Source of the DNA: a virus
Lineage: Duplodnaviria; Caudoviricetes
Reading direction: 5' to 3' (one strand)
Length of the DNA stretch: 63,343 bases
IMG/VR virus record: IMGVR_UViG_3300027749_002909
Span: 1 to 63,343 of that record
Made by a program: the position numbers and the translations under genes. The notes under the pieces are model-generated. The model was not told the DNA's origin and did not search any database. It was given only the letters and a program-made list of their open reading frames with translations. Below are positions 34,352-49,300 of this stretch, piece by piece (position 1 is the first letter of the stretch; each line of letters starts with the position of its first letter).

Positions 34352-37300
34352 TTAACTTATATCCGTTCTTAAGAAAATTGCTCCCTGAGTGTACGCAATC
34401 TGTAACGGATCTCCCTCTACTGGGTTATAAATTCCGGGTATTGGATTCCATGTACTTTGATATAAAACGTCTGACATTCTATTATTAGGTATTAATCCAA
34501 ATACTTCTGTATACAATGGAATATAATTTTGTTCCCCTGTACCATTCGTACCCCTGATTAGTTTAGTTACGGTATTAAGTGCTAAATTGCATTCACCAAA
34601 CCCAATTTGCTCTCCGTTAATGTACAATAATCTACCTTCAACTGAAGTGATTGTCAAATCATCCCCGGTAGTAACTTGAGCAGAAATCTGCAATATTGGA
34701 GCAGTATCTACAATAATTATTTTGTAATTATTAGAATTGACTTCGGTAGCTGTAGTGTTGTTATACACAGTCAAATGACATATAACGTTTTTATTAGATG
34801 ATAGTCCAATATTATACTTACCGTCAATTATTGAAGGGGTGATTACATTTTGAACAACAGTATCAGTGATGCGAGATATATCATTTAAGTAAATTGTTTG
34901 ATCAGTATATGACAATGATCTAGTTAACCAAGTTCTAGTTTGAACATTTGCTCGGTAAACTGCGGCACGATTGGTTGTACTGACATTTAATAAATAAACT
35001 TCTTCATTTGGTGTTGCAGTTGGCATCATACTGGTTATTATGATGCTATCACCAGTAACAATAGTTGACAATATACTTAGGTTGTTATTGGCATTTAGTT
35101 TTAGCGATGATGATGGAACACGATAACCATTGATAGTTACCCACAATCTGTCTACATTCACTTGCTCAAAATCACTATCAATTGTAAATATTCCGTCTTT
35201 CCAAACATAACCACCGGATATATAATTAGATGCAAATATTACTGGATAATTAATTGCATTTAATGCAGGATTGTATGGTTCTGAATATAAATCAAATACC
35301 GTGCTGCTTATTATTTTAGCATAATATGTATTGTTGTTTAATTGAATAGACCCCAATGTTCCGTCAATACGTACTAGTGCATTTTCTGTTAAATTATTGT
35401 TTATACCGGTTGTCACACGTATAGCAGGTGACCCGCCCATGTATCCCTGAATATTATCAGATGAATTTGTCAAATTAATCAATGTTCCAAATTCGTCAGC
35501 AATAGTAAAGTCAGTTAAATTAAGTATATCTTTAATAAAATACACTTGACCTGTTGTATCTATTCCACCTACATTAGCTAGTAACGCTTGTCCAGTACCA
35601 CTTCCAGTTGTTGCCGCAGTAAAGATATCTCCTACTGCATAAACTACACCAACTGTACCTGCTGTTGTGTTCCATTGAAGTTGAGTGGTTCCGATTAATG
35701 TAGTAATTTGATATATCTTTCCTACACCAAATGAACCTGCAGCAAATATTGGTGCTTTAAATATTATATTTTGATCTACCACTAATGAAGTAGTGCTATC
35801 GCAACTTATATAATCACTTGCATCAGTACTGTTAACGTTGACTGTTGCAGCTGGAGGAGTAATAGAATTATTAATATACACGATATTAGCAACAGTTACT
35901 CCATTAACAACCCCTGTCATTGTCCCAGTATCAGTAGTTACGACTGTAGGCAAACCACCTAATTGTGTAGATACTGTAAAATCAGTAGAGCTTAAAATTT
36001 CAGTAACATAATAAGTTACACCTGCAATTAATCCACCTAAAGTAGGACTGTTAAATATTATTGGATAATTCAACAATAAGCTAGCAGTTGTGCCTGAACC
36101 CAATGTTAAGTAATTTAATTCTTGGTCAAACAATACTATTTCAGGACTATCTTCGTCAAATGTATACGTGTTGGGCGAATTTTCGTCAAAAGAAGCCACA
36201 CTGTGTACGGTATTACTTACTGTGATTGTTGTTACAGTAGAACCAGTTGAACCAGTAACACCATATTGTGTATTAAAATATTGACGTTCAGTTAAATTAT
36301 ATGATGTAACTGCAATAGAACTATCAAGTGCAGGAGGACTATTAAACAATATTGTATTTGTTACTGCACTAATAGTGTATGCTGATGCAGTCTGACGTAT
36401 GCCATTTATTTCTACAATAGCACTAGTAGTATTAGTATCTCCTACATAATTATCCAAGTAGAATAATGAACTTGACCCGTTTCCTGCAAATATCTGCACT
36501 TGAGGAATAGTATAACCGTACTGTATAGGATATGTTTGTCCAAACAAGCTGTATGATATATAGTGTTCTGTAACGTTAAAGTTATTTGCAAATATTAGCG
36601 CAGCAGTTATTCCGTTATCTGCTATACCAATAGCAAAATCATTAGTTATTAAAGTTGCCCCACCGGTGGCATTAGTCAATACTAGTTCACTTCCACCTAC
36701 TGTTTCAGAAATAGTAAATTCATTATTATCATATATAGTTTTAATATAATAGATTTGATGAGGAACAATAACTCCACCAAAGATTGTATCACTAAACACA
36801 ATAGTAGTGTTAGGGATAAAAGAACCGGTAGAATTAGTTGTTATGGTATTAGTAATAGCTTTTGTTTTGAATACCGATGCAAGTGTTCCCAATACTAATT
36901 GAGTTCCGTTATCATATACTGCAGGGGGTGTCCATACTACACCCGTACCCACTTGAATAATAGCAGTCATTGATCCAACGGCTGTGGTTAATTCAAAGGT
37001 TTCTCCTGCTGTACCAGTGGTTGAATTGTAGTATAGTGATACTGTAATTTTATTAGAAATTCCGCTTATAGATTTAACATAATAAATTTGGTCTTCAACT
37101 ATGTTACCAAATACTGCGCCACTGAATGTGATAGGACTATTTAACACAAAATCAATAACACTAGTGCATGTTATAGCATTGCTTATTCCATCAGTAGCGG
37201 TTGCAAGTATTTCAATTGGCTCAGTAGTTGGTCTTATTAGTCCAGATCCATTATATATATCTGCACTATAATTTGCATTTACATAAATCTCTTGGAAACC

Positions 37301-40300
37301 AGTAATTAAATTTAAACGAACGGGGTCAGTTTCAGTATTTGCTTTTACTAATTGATCACCGTTACCAACTTCATAAACATCAATTCGTAATATATTTGAT
37401 ACCCCCTGCGAAACAAACACTAGCGGGGTGTTTAGTATAACGAGTTTGTTTATCCAATCAATTGCGTAATCAATATTTTCATATATTGTTGTACTTACAC
37501 CAGTTGTGTAATCAATTACAAATACACTTAATTGTGCTGGGGTTGTTACTATATGAGCAAAACTATAATCAGTTTGCGAACCTGATGTTGGTGCGATTTC
37601 TTTAGAAACTACGTTATAACCAACATGTTGGTATATAGTTTCATCCCAATTTGTTCCGGGACGAGTAGCTACTGTCATCATAATGGTGTCTGAGACAACA
37701 CCCGGTACCATTTCTTCAGGACCATAACCTGAAAGAAAAGCATCACCTTGAATATTGTACGCTGATGGAGCAGTTTCAAACACTGCGGACGCTGTCCAAG
37801 TTATCGCATCACTACTTATTAAAATAGTATTATTATAACCAACTGTAACATACTGTGCTAAATCATTATTCCAAACAACACTAGTTAGATCTTGAGTGAC
37901 TCCTGAAGTTTGTGATGTCCATGTTATACCGTTAATGGGTGCTGTTTTTATAGTTCCATTTTTTCCAACTACTACAAACAAACTGTTGTCATTATCCCAT
38001 ATGATATTGTTTAAATCATCTATGCCACCTGAAGATTGTGCAAACCAAGTTACAGCATTTGTACTAGTAAATACGACACCATTGTTACCAACTATAACTA
38101 TATTTTCACTATTTGCAGCGATTGAATTAAATCCATAATTTGTAGCAGTAAATGTCACTTGATTCCAAGTGTATCCATCTGTGCTTGTAAATATTATGCC
38201 AACATCTACTGCAATGCCATTATCTAAATATTGACCGGCACCAACAGCAACAAATCCAGTAAATCCAGTAGTGCTTACATAAGCAACACTGTTTAATTGA
38301 TTAGTTAATGCACTGCTTGTAAATTGATAACGCTCTGTCCAACTGTATAAATCAATTGATGATATGATATTACTACCAACTGCTACATATACACCATTAT
38401 GATATGCTGCACTATTTAAGAACGATGAAGGAACAATCAATGATGATAAATCAAAGTTAGTTATATCATATGGAGTACTATCATACGGAGTGAATGCACC
38501 ATTAGTAATCCAAACAAATCCGTTATCACTAACAAGCAACGGGGTTGCACTGTTAGTAGATGTTAATACATATTGACTTCCTGCAAATAATATATCAGTT
38601 ATACCAATTGATTGATTTGTTAACTTAGTAATAGTCCAATTATTAGTATCAACACTAGCAGAAATTGCTGAGTAGGTAGCTGTATCTGAACCTGCTAGGT
38701 AAGTTATACCATTCCAAACTATAGTTTTTAAATCAACACCCGTAACTGCAAATGGTTGATCAATAAGAATAGTATCTAATATAAATTCGTCTGCCGGGGC
38801 AAATGCATTACCTAAATAATTGCTATTTGGATAAGTTATACCGTCTACTAGTTGAGTTAAATCTACACCGGGCATATTTACTGTAGGTTGATAGTAACCT
38901 ATAATTCTGTCTAGTGCATTTAATCTTCTATTACCTGAATCTAATAATTCCCATTTGCCTAAAATGAATTCGTTATCGTTGTTACTTATGATACACTGAT
39001 ATACTTGTTTGTTATATTTTACAATACTACTACTAAAGAAGAACGGCTCTGGTAACAACGCATAGTCACCTGACTTAGCCATTGTCATTGATCCAGACGC
39101 ATTTGTAGTAATATCAAAAACAGTTCCACCTAAAGTTTCTGAAATTGTGACAGTAGTAGTAGTTGGTTTAGACAATACATAATATGTTTGACCCAACGTG
39201 ACTCCACCAAATACGTTACCAGTAAACACTACCAGGTCATTTAAGTTAAAGCTAGTTGAACTAGTAACAGTAAATCTGTTATTAGCTGCTGTTGCAATTG
39301 TAGCAGTAGTTGAGGTTGTACCCACATACGGGAAGTTTTGACCAGTAACTGGAGCTGTTAAAATAGAATTACTATAAACAGCCATTTGATTTTCTGATAT
39401 TACTTTTAAGTAATAGTTAGTTACTGTTCCTGCAGGAGTACCACTTGCGATAGCAGAAGTTACTCCACCAATAGAATCAATAGTCAACACAGTTAATAGT
39501 AAATCGTTTGATGTGGTAGTTCCTCCAATTGAAGTTCCCAAAATAGTTATAGTATTATCAACTGCGTATCCTTCACCAGCCAATTGAATTATTGTTCTAT
39601 ACCCGCCCAAAATGTAACTTACATCAAATATTGGGGCAGTAACTGTAACTTGGGTGAATACTACTGCACCTGTCGCATTAGTTAATGTATCTGCGACTTC
39701 TATGTATGGTTCACCTGAACCGTACATCGTTCCGCTGTCAGTATTAGTAGTATAATCAGTGCCACCGGGTACTTCTGAAATAGTGAAATCAGTTGCAGAA
39801 ACAAGCTGCTTTACATAGTATATTACATTTAGTGCTACTTGTCCAAGAGAGGTACCACTAAATATGATTGGCATGCCCTCATATAGTACATTAGTATCAG
39901 CACACACAAGATAATTTGTTCCGGTCGTAGAAGTAACTGTTATTGATGTTATGCCAGAATCAGTTATAGTATAGTACGGGGTTGCTGCTAATAACCCACC
40001 AATGTTACTTGCTACCTTAAATCTCATGCCAGTGTATATGTTAGTAATTCCACCGGTATTACTTAATAAACAAACTCTGTTTACTGTAGATAAAGTTGCA
40101 GAAATTTCTCTAGTTGTCAAATTAGAAACTGTTCCAGAAACACCAGTATATTGAGATGATGTTTCATATAATGTAAACTCTTGCCCGGTTACTTGACCAG
40201 GACTTATTGGTACTGCTACATTTAATGTCATACTACCAGTACCAGTTGATAATGGTACTGCATTTATTTGACTAGTTACCGTGAACGACCCGGTATCAGT

Positions 40301-43300
40301 TGTCAATATTACAGCACTTCCGTTAACTGCTGTAGCAACAGAGAATGTTGTGTTACCACTGAATAATTCTCTTATATAATAAGTAGTACCTGCTACTATG
40401 TTTCCAATAGTATTGCCCGTAAATATTATAGGTTCATTTACTGTTAATCCCAGTGTACTACTACAGGTGACTGAATTATTAGAAGATGATGTAGCTGTGC
40501 AAGTTAGTACAGTTGGATCGCTCACTGTAGACATGGTAAATGTCTGTGCGTCAATAACGGTTGTTACATAATATTTTTCATTGGCTACAACATCCCCAAA
40601 TACATTACCGGTAAAATATATAGGAAGACCTACATAAAATCCAGTTGTTCCGGCAAGTCCGGTTGCAGTAAGCAACACAGTTACGTTGTTTGTGGTTGCT
40701 GTGGTTGCAGTTGCATTTCTTATAGCGTCATAGTTGACTGTTAATACTGCTTGGTTAGTCAACTGACCAACAAACATTGTTAATCCTGCTACAGGAACCG
40801 TTGCTGTGCTAAGTGTAAACGTAGCGCCCGGGTTACCATCAACATCTACTGTGCTAGAAATTGTAAATCCAGTATCTTCTAGTACAGATGTAGTTGGGTT
40901 TGGTAACTTTACTAGAGATTTTACATAGTAGGTAGTGTAATTAATTAGATTACCTACTGCTGCTCCCTCAAACTTTACTGGCATACCCACATAGAAACCA
41001 ATAGTAGAACCTATATTGTCATTGACATCGGCTCCGCCTACAGTAGGGTTAATACGTATAGTATTTGGATATAATGACGCTGATCCATAAGTTTGAATAG
41101 TATTTCTAGTTCTTGAAGACCAAGTAAGTGTCTGTTGATTCGCTACATCTAAAATTTCAAATGCTGCGCCGTCAGCACTCGCTAGTATTGAACTAATTGG
41201 TGGTTGAGTGCTTTCTAATGTTATAGCACTAGATGAAACCTTACTACTGTTATTAAATGATCCTGCGTAAAACGCACCATAGAATCCGGCTGCTTCCCAA
41301 GGTATTACTTGAGAAGTATATGATGTTCTGTCAAAGCGTAATGCTATAATATTTTCTCTTGTTGGAACTGAACTAGTGATGCAAGATGCAACTGCCCCGA
41401 TACTAAAGTTTTGGGTTCCGCTTCCTGCATTAACTAAAACAATACGATTTTGATCATTTAACGCATCTAAATAACTGCTATAAAGTGCAATTATTGGATA
41501 TGGTGTTACCTCTAAGAGGTTTACATAATATTTTTGTCCATCAATTAATCCGCTAATTTTAGTTGAATCTGCCGCCGCAGTATAAACAATCAAATCACCG
41601 GTCTGTAACAGTGGTGAAATTAATTGTATAGTATTAGATACTATGCTTACCTGGGTGCTATTTACCGATACAACAAGTGATGGGTCAATTATGATTTGGG
41701 GTAATACAGCATAGCCTTCACCCGGGTCAATAACATTTACACCAATGACTGCACCCAAACTCATTATGGGTTCTAACTGTGCAACAACTCTTGGTATCGG
41801 ATATGTGTTTAAATCAATATATGCTGTTACTCTAGGAGGTTCAGCGTATGCTCTACCGCTATTTAGTACTAACACCGCAGGTAAATCTATGAAAATATAT
41901 TCACCGGGTATATGAACAGATACAGTAGTGCCATTTACTCCGCGTGATAACCCGGTCAATTCATTTGTCGCTAAGTTTCTACTGTTATAACCAATCTCTT
42001 CGGTGCCAATTAATATAGTACCGACTACAGGGAAACCTGATACATTATCTACAAAACATGAACTTGAATTCAATGAAAGATAAGAAGTTAAAACTGAAAT
42101 TTGATATCCATTTTGTCCTATAATACTTAATCCATAGTTATTAAACCACTGACTATAACTAACATCTTGCCATATAGGGTCAGTATACAAATATTGATCA
42201 ACACCGGACGGATTTGCATAAACTAATTGAGGGGACACAAATTGGTCAATTGACGAATTATATTTGGCTGGCAAATCAAAATCAGTAATGTCACCTTCGT
42301 ATACATTAATTCCGGTATACTTAAACAAGAAATCTTTTATTACTACATGATAAGGTTTCACTTCATTTAAATACCCAGATAAAAAGTCTTGATTGTCTGA
42401 CTGGAATACTTCAATTGGACGTAGTTCACGTATAGTATGTGATACATCTAAGAAAGATGTTTTGTTTAACCACGGTAAGTAATTTTGATTTTCTACAGTT
42501 TCACTTTGGATGTAATCAAATAACAATATTAAACTTTTGTTTCTGAATATTAATAATTCACCTGTGTAAATTTCTTCGTTTAATGCACGAACGATATAGC
42601 GTGTTTCAACACTTGGAAATTCATCATATGGGGTAGTGTCAAAGAAGTTGTCACCAAATCCCAATCTAGCACTAGAATAATCCCATAGATAGCTACTGAA
42701 TTCAATAGTTCCATTTTCTAAACCAATACGAGTCCATACACCGGCGCCATCATAACGATATGTTTCTGAATTTCCATTACCATTTGTAGCAACAGTTACA
42801 ATTGTTCCGCTTGCTACATTTAGAGTAGACAAGTCAGCGTATATAGCAACTTGAATTGCAGATTTGGTATTATTACTATAACCGGGTGCCCACCAGTTAA
42901 TTAGACTCCAATAAGCAGCGGTATCATAAAATTCACCTGATGAATACAAAAATTGAGGATTTCTTATTTCAATAATTGGGAACTGTGATAATATTGCGTT
43001 AGCATATTGTAAATAATTCTTCAATGCACCAAATCTATTATAGAAGAAACTTTGTCTTGGCCTAGCAAGTACACCAGACTGAACTAATTTTGGTAAGAAC
43101 GGGTCAGGAACCACTGCGCCTGAATTGTCAACTCCACACATGCTGTCTAGCATTCTATTGTATAATCCAATAGGAGAAGTAATTCCTACCGCGGCATGAT
43201 TTTGATATCCAGCTGCTGAACCAGGTAGTCCATCTAAGAAATCATCTGCATAATTAGCACGAATCAAACTATATTGATTATGCGCCACGTCATCATTTGT

Positions 43301-46300
43301 ACCGGTAGCATATCCAATGTGTAGTACTGTATCAGTGGCATTGATGAAATCAAAGCAATTGTACAAGCCAAAAACACTTGGTAGTAATGGTGTGAAATAA
43401 CTAATACCCGATGCTTGTGGGTTAGCTATATAACCTTCTAACGTTGAGTCTGCTAAAGTTTTTCCCAAACGTTCAAATATTATATTGGTATTTCTAGCCC
43501 AAAAGTAATAAACAGGAGTAAGTGTACCTTCGGCATTTATGATACTCTCTATCACATAGTTATCAATATTATAAGGCGTTCCTGGACCTTGATATTGTGC
43601 AGGAGGAACATTGCTTGCTATCCAAGAATATACTGTTACTGTACTTCCCGGAAACACTCTGCCCCAATACTTGCTATTATATACAATATCATTTTGATGA
43701 TAATTAATAAAGCGAGAGTTAGCTGTGTTGAACCAAAGCTGACCAACTTTATCAGCTACCCACACTAAACCAGATTGAGTGTTACCTGAATTGTTATATC
43801 CTGCAGGATCAACATTTGATACAACATCAATGTTTTCTGCTACTGCACCTAATAATTTTCCCTGAAGTGGATCAATATAATCTAAATTTTCTAATGTGTT
43901 ATTGGTAGTTGCGCTAAACAATTGAATATTTGCAATTCCATTAATATCTACAATAGCAGATGAACTTCTATACACTGTCCAATCAGGATTGTTACTAGCA
44001 CTAATATAAGTTACTACCTGACCATTGGTATCATTCGCATTAGTAGTAGGACTAAAGTTAGTTGCGCCCACTACCACACGATTTTCATTAAAATCCAATG
44101 CTGAACCATAGTAGGGTTGTGAACCGTAGTCTAGATCTTTTGCATTTGTACTTTGTGCATATACAAACTTACCTGGATTATCTAAATTTTCATTATACGC
44201 TGACAAATAATCAAACATATATACTGCACCTGCATTAGTGAACGTATCTGTCCACTGAGTTGCATTATTGTCAAAAACAGTATCGTTATCTATCTCATCA
44301 TCAGTAAAGTCAAATGTAGTTGCTGCATATCTAGTGCCAACTGGTGCACTTACTACGATTGATCCAGAAGTACCAAATTTAACGACAGTACCAAATTGAG
44401 TGCGGCCTTGTAAATGAGGGCTATTAATTTTTTGTGTTTGCTTATATAAAACTACACCCATCTCACCTAAAGTATCGCTATCTAATATAGTTAACGATAG
44501 TTTACTTCCAGCAACTCCAAGAGCAATATCAACCAATGTTATTATTAATTTTCCGTTAGTCGCTGCTGCATATACATTAATAATTGAACTTAAATTGATT
44601 GCGTTTGCTGCGGTAGTAGCATCACCAATTGGTAGTGTAACTTGAAACCCATTCAATAAAATTGTTCTAGGTGTAGTTATGTTACAGTTTGCTGTACCAA
44701 TAATGATACCGTATTTTTCACCACCGTTGGTATATCTATGCACAGCACCTTCGTAGTTTTGTTCAGATAATTCAAACGGTGCTCCAACTAATATTTCATT
44801 TGCAAATGTATTAGTATCAACACTTGTACCAAACTGTACACCAATTCTAGGTGTTTCTTCGTTAGTTAATGTCTGAGCTAATGTAAATTCACTACTACCT
44901 ACATTTATTATATCACCCGCATTTAATGTAGGGGTTAGCCCGCTATAGACATTTAATATTGACCCCACAACTGCATACATATTATCTTCTAATAGAGTTC
45001 CGTTAACTGTTAGATACAACGGGGATATTTGACCGGTTGCGGTCATTGTTCCTGTAGAATTAGTTAATGTTAAAGTATCACCGTCTCTAGTCAATGATAG
45101 TGTAATAGTTGAACCAGAAATAAGTTTTACATAATATACTATATTAGCAGCTACTCCACCGTAAGGTGTGCCTGTAAATACGATTGGTGTTCCAGTAGCA
45201 CCGTCAGTTAACCCTGATACACTTCCCAATGTAATTGCATTACTTGATATAGAATTTGCTGTGGTTGATAATGTTGATGGTGTAAACGCTAATTGGAATG
45301 TTAATGGAGTATATGCTTGGCTGCTAGTCTGTGCTTCAAAGTTTTGAGATGTTCTTGCAAAAATATATGTGTATCCATAATTCTCAATAGTAGTATCGTA
45401 ATTTTGGTCGGGTGCGCCAACTACAACAGTGTCACCGTAGTAGTCAGTGACTAGTGAATATCCAAAATTATCTCCCGATACTAGTCCCGCAACAGTTAAA
45501 ATATTTACGAGTTCATACAATTTGGTTATAGTTGATTGACGATATACATAAACTCTATTACTTTCAATATCAGAAATGTATAGCCATTTCTTATCACCGG
45601 ACATACTTGTTGAACTACCCCAATTTCCGATAGTATTTGGAGCAACAATAGTTTGAAGTAATGAAACAGTGTCAACTAGTGTATTAGTAATTAGTTGATA
45701 GACATAAACATTAGGTGTTATTGTAGGTTCAGATATAACAAACAAATCATCGGCATATGAAATATATGAACCAAATGATACTCCGTGTGCAATAGTTTGT
45801 ACTACACGATAAGAATCTGTAATATTGTCGTAGGTATAGCGATACACTTCACCTGCTGCACTATCACCTATTAGGTAACCCATTTTAGAAGTATATGCTA
45901 CTGCACTACCAAATGTTTGACTGTTATTTCTTAAAATCTCTTTGTCATATTGATAGTTTAAAGTCTTACGATAAACAGCCCAGCTACCATCGTTATTGGT
46001 ATCAACCCATACTTTTAATTTATTAAATTCGTTGTCTAACAAAGGTAAGTTAATTATTTCAGGTGCAGTAGCAACACGCTGACTTTGCATTCTGAAACCA
46101 ATACCTAAACCAGTTATATTAATTGTGTTAGGATCAAGTGATAAGTTAATAATAACTCTAAAAGGATCTACAACACCGGCTACAATATAATAATTATTGA
46201 TACTTGCATTAAAATTGGCAATAGCAAAAATTTGATAAGTTTTTAATGTATGTGCTTGACCAAAAGTAATAGTTACCGTGCCATTTAAATTGTTCTGAGC

Positions 46301-49300
46301 ATTAACTATAGAACCCAAGCTAGCAGGGGTATATACTTGCCAGTCAGCCAAATAATTAGCTAACCAAACGTAATCACGCACATAAAATTGACTTATTGGA
46401 ATTACAGTACCGCTAGAATTTCTAGCAGTTGCCAATCCAGAGTAAAAATAACTAGCCATTTTAACGTCATTGTAATTTACATATCCGGCTGTAGGATACA
46501 ACGATGACAATTGAGTATTAGATATAGTAGGTAGAATATCTACTGTATTGATTGGTCTACCATAGTTGAACACTGAGTACAATGGCACTTCTTGCTGTAC
46601 CCCTTCGTTATATACTCCAGCAGTTAGTCCAACTATTGACGGATTACCAGTCAAGTCTGGTTGACTTAATCTGAACTCTATAAAATTATTGTTTAATACT
46701 CCGCCAAATTCTCCTGACTTAATAGCCCAGTTTTCATATATGTCGTAGTTAATTCCACCCTGTGGTAGATTAGCACCTTTAAACGCACTTGCTGCATTTA
46801 AGGTACCCTTCTCTTTTATCATGTTTTTGTAAACATTGACTTGAGTTATATCTGTTAAATCGGCCAATGCCATGTAGTCTCTTGGACGATATCCAATTAA
46901 ACTGAAACTTAGTAAGTCTGCATCGTTTTCCAAGTTAGCTTTATCAGTATCATAATATAGTGTGCTTTCGTATGAACGAGTACTGCTGTTAGGTAATAAT
47001 CCTTTTTGAATTTCGGCATAAGGAGTTTCTTTCCACTCACGCTCATTGAATACTTCTTGTGCTTGAATGATACTTAATGCTGCCCAATATCTATTTTTAT
47101 ACCGAACAATAGCCCCTTTGGTGTATTTTATTTCCTTGACCCACTCTGTTATATTATCTTGGTTTAAGATAAAGCCGGCAGCATCAACAGTACCGTTCCA
47201 GTCAGCAGATTTTGCGCCACGTAAATAAACTCTATACTGGCGTAAGCCTGTAACTAAGTTATAAATTATATCGTTGAATAAAGTTACGTTGTTAAAAACA
47301 ATACCGTGTTCAATGTTACTGATATTAAATTGTCCATAAGAAATACTATCACCCACATTCAACGGTGTTGCTGCAAACGCAGTATTTTGACGTAAGATTA
47401 ATAAATCCCTAGATTGTATAGGGTATAAATTTTGATTTAGTACAAAATTAGTTTCTCTTAGTGTCAATGGTTGAACAATATGACTATCTTTATCAATACT
47501 TAACGTATTGGCTGCTGGATTAATTGTAGCAATACTTCCAACTTCCCAGCCAATTTGCGCCCAATATAAAAATTCGGCAACCATTTGAGGCCAGTTGATT
47601 GGGATACCGTTTTCAATTTCTTCAAATTTTACCCCTTGACTTTCTAAATATTTTCCATAACTATTCAAAAAGGTTGCAACTTGTTGCACATTATAAAATT
47701 CAGTACCGTAAGGAATCAGTGCAACTTTGTCGTAGAAATCTCTAGCTAATACTGCTGATAAGTTTTCTATTGATACCTTATCAGTATTATTATTAATCTT
47801 GGGAACTAGTGTAGTAAAGTACGCATTGGTCTGCGAATTACCATATACTTTAAAGCCGTTTTCTGTAATTTGAATAGCCACCGAACTATAAACAATTCTA
47901 TCAAACGGTTGATTTTCATATAATAATACCCCGTAACTTTCGTCAGGTATTAATAAAGAACTGTTGTTGCTATTTGCAGAACTCTTTTCAACATAGAATT
48001 TCAATAGATTTTTATCACTAAATCCAGCCAAACGATAGACTAAACGAACATCTAAATTATCTAACAATGTAGTAATGTTTGCAGTTGCATCAATACCAAC
48101 TTGTTTTTCAAAATCAACAATCCAGTTAATGTAACTGGTTGCAGGAGTACCATTTCCGTAAATTGCTACATCAGCGACTACTAAATGACTTCTATCATTT
48201 ACTAAATATTGATTAAATTCTACGTTGTATTTGTAATTGTCAACATCAACGCCTAAGTTAAAAAACTCTGCTGGTTTAGTCAATGCTAATATACGCATCA
48301 AGTCAAATGGCCATGTGCTACTTCTGCGATAGCTGAATTCTGCGGGACCTACATCGCCAACTTTCCAATCACGGTTAAATGTATTTTGATTATAGTTACC
48401 CAATATAGAAACAAAAGGTGATACTAAATTACCGGCTGAATCAACTGGTAGTACTTTTAATAATTGAGGGCGAACAAATCTAGGCAATACTATAGGATTA
48501 CCATTGTTCCAATCTATACCCGCTGCTAAATCTCCCCATAGCACTAAGTTTTCACTAGTGTAGGGTGCTGCACCATATCTAGCAGTCCACCAACTTGGTT
48601 GCTTAGTAAATCCTAACATTTCCCAGGGAGTTACATTTGGGGTAGATGTATCATAATAGTATAGATATAATCCTCTAAAATAACCTTGTTCAATTGGTTG
48701 TTGATTTATCTTGTTACCACTGTCTCTGTAATTGAAAGTATATTGATTATTTCTATTATATACTTGTCTCTTGTAATCAATGCGGTTTTCACCAACCCAA
48801 TTTAAAAATGATTCAGAATATATTTGTAAAAATTCATCGTATGAATAACCAGTGTCTCTGAAAAATCCCGGTAACACTTCATATAGTTGTACCGGAATAA
48901 CGTTACTTAATTTTAAATTATTGTAAACACGAGTCTCGTATTCTAATAAAACTTGATCTCTATAATCATTTAACTGACCGGTTGTTGTGTTATAAGTACC
49001 GTATAATTTATTGTATGAGCCATCATGACCTACAATAAAGTATGTTTCTGGAGTATATGCAGTATCAAGTGTAATGCTTGGTATAGTAGCAGGGAACAAA
49101 CCCAATTTAGTGGGAGTATTTGGTACATAACTACCGTATGTTTGATTATACTCGTTGATTGTAATAATGTCATTGGCTAATAAATCTAAAGTAACAGTCA
49201 ATGATGGACTGTTAGTACTTACTGTATAATCAATCCCAGTAGTCAATTGTGTTACTGAAGTAACACCGTCGGTTGTTCTTGTTAAGTATACTAATACACC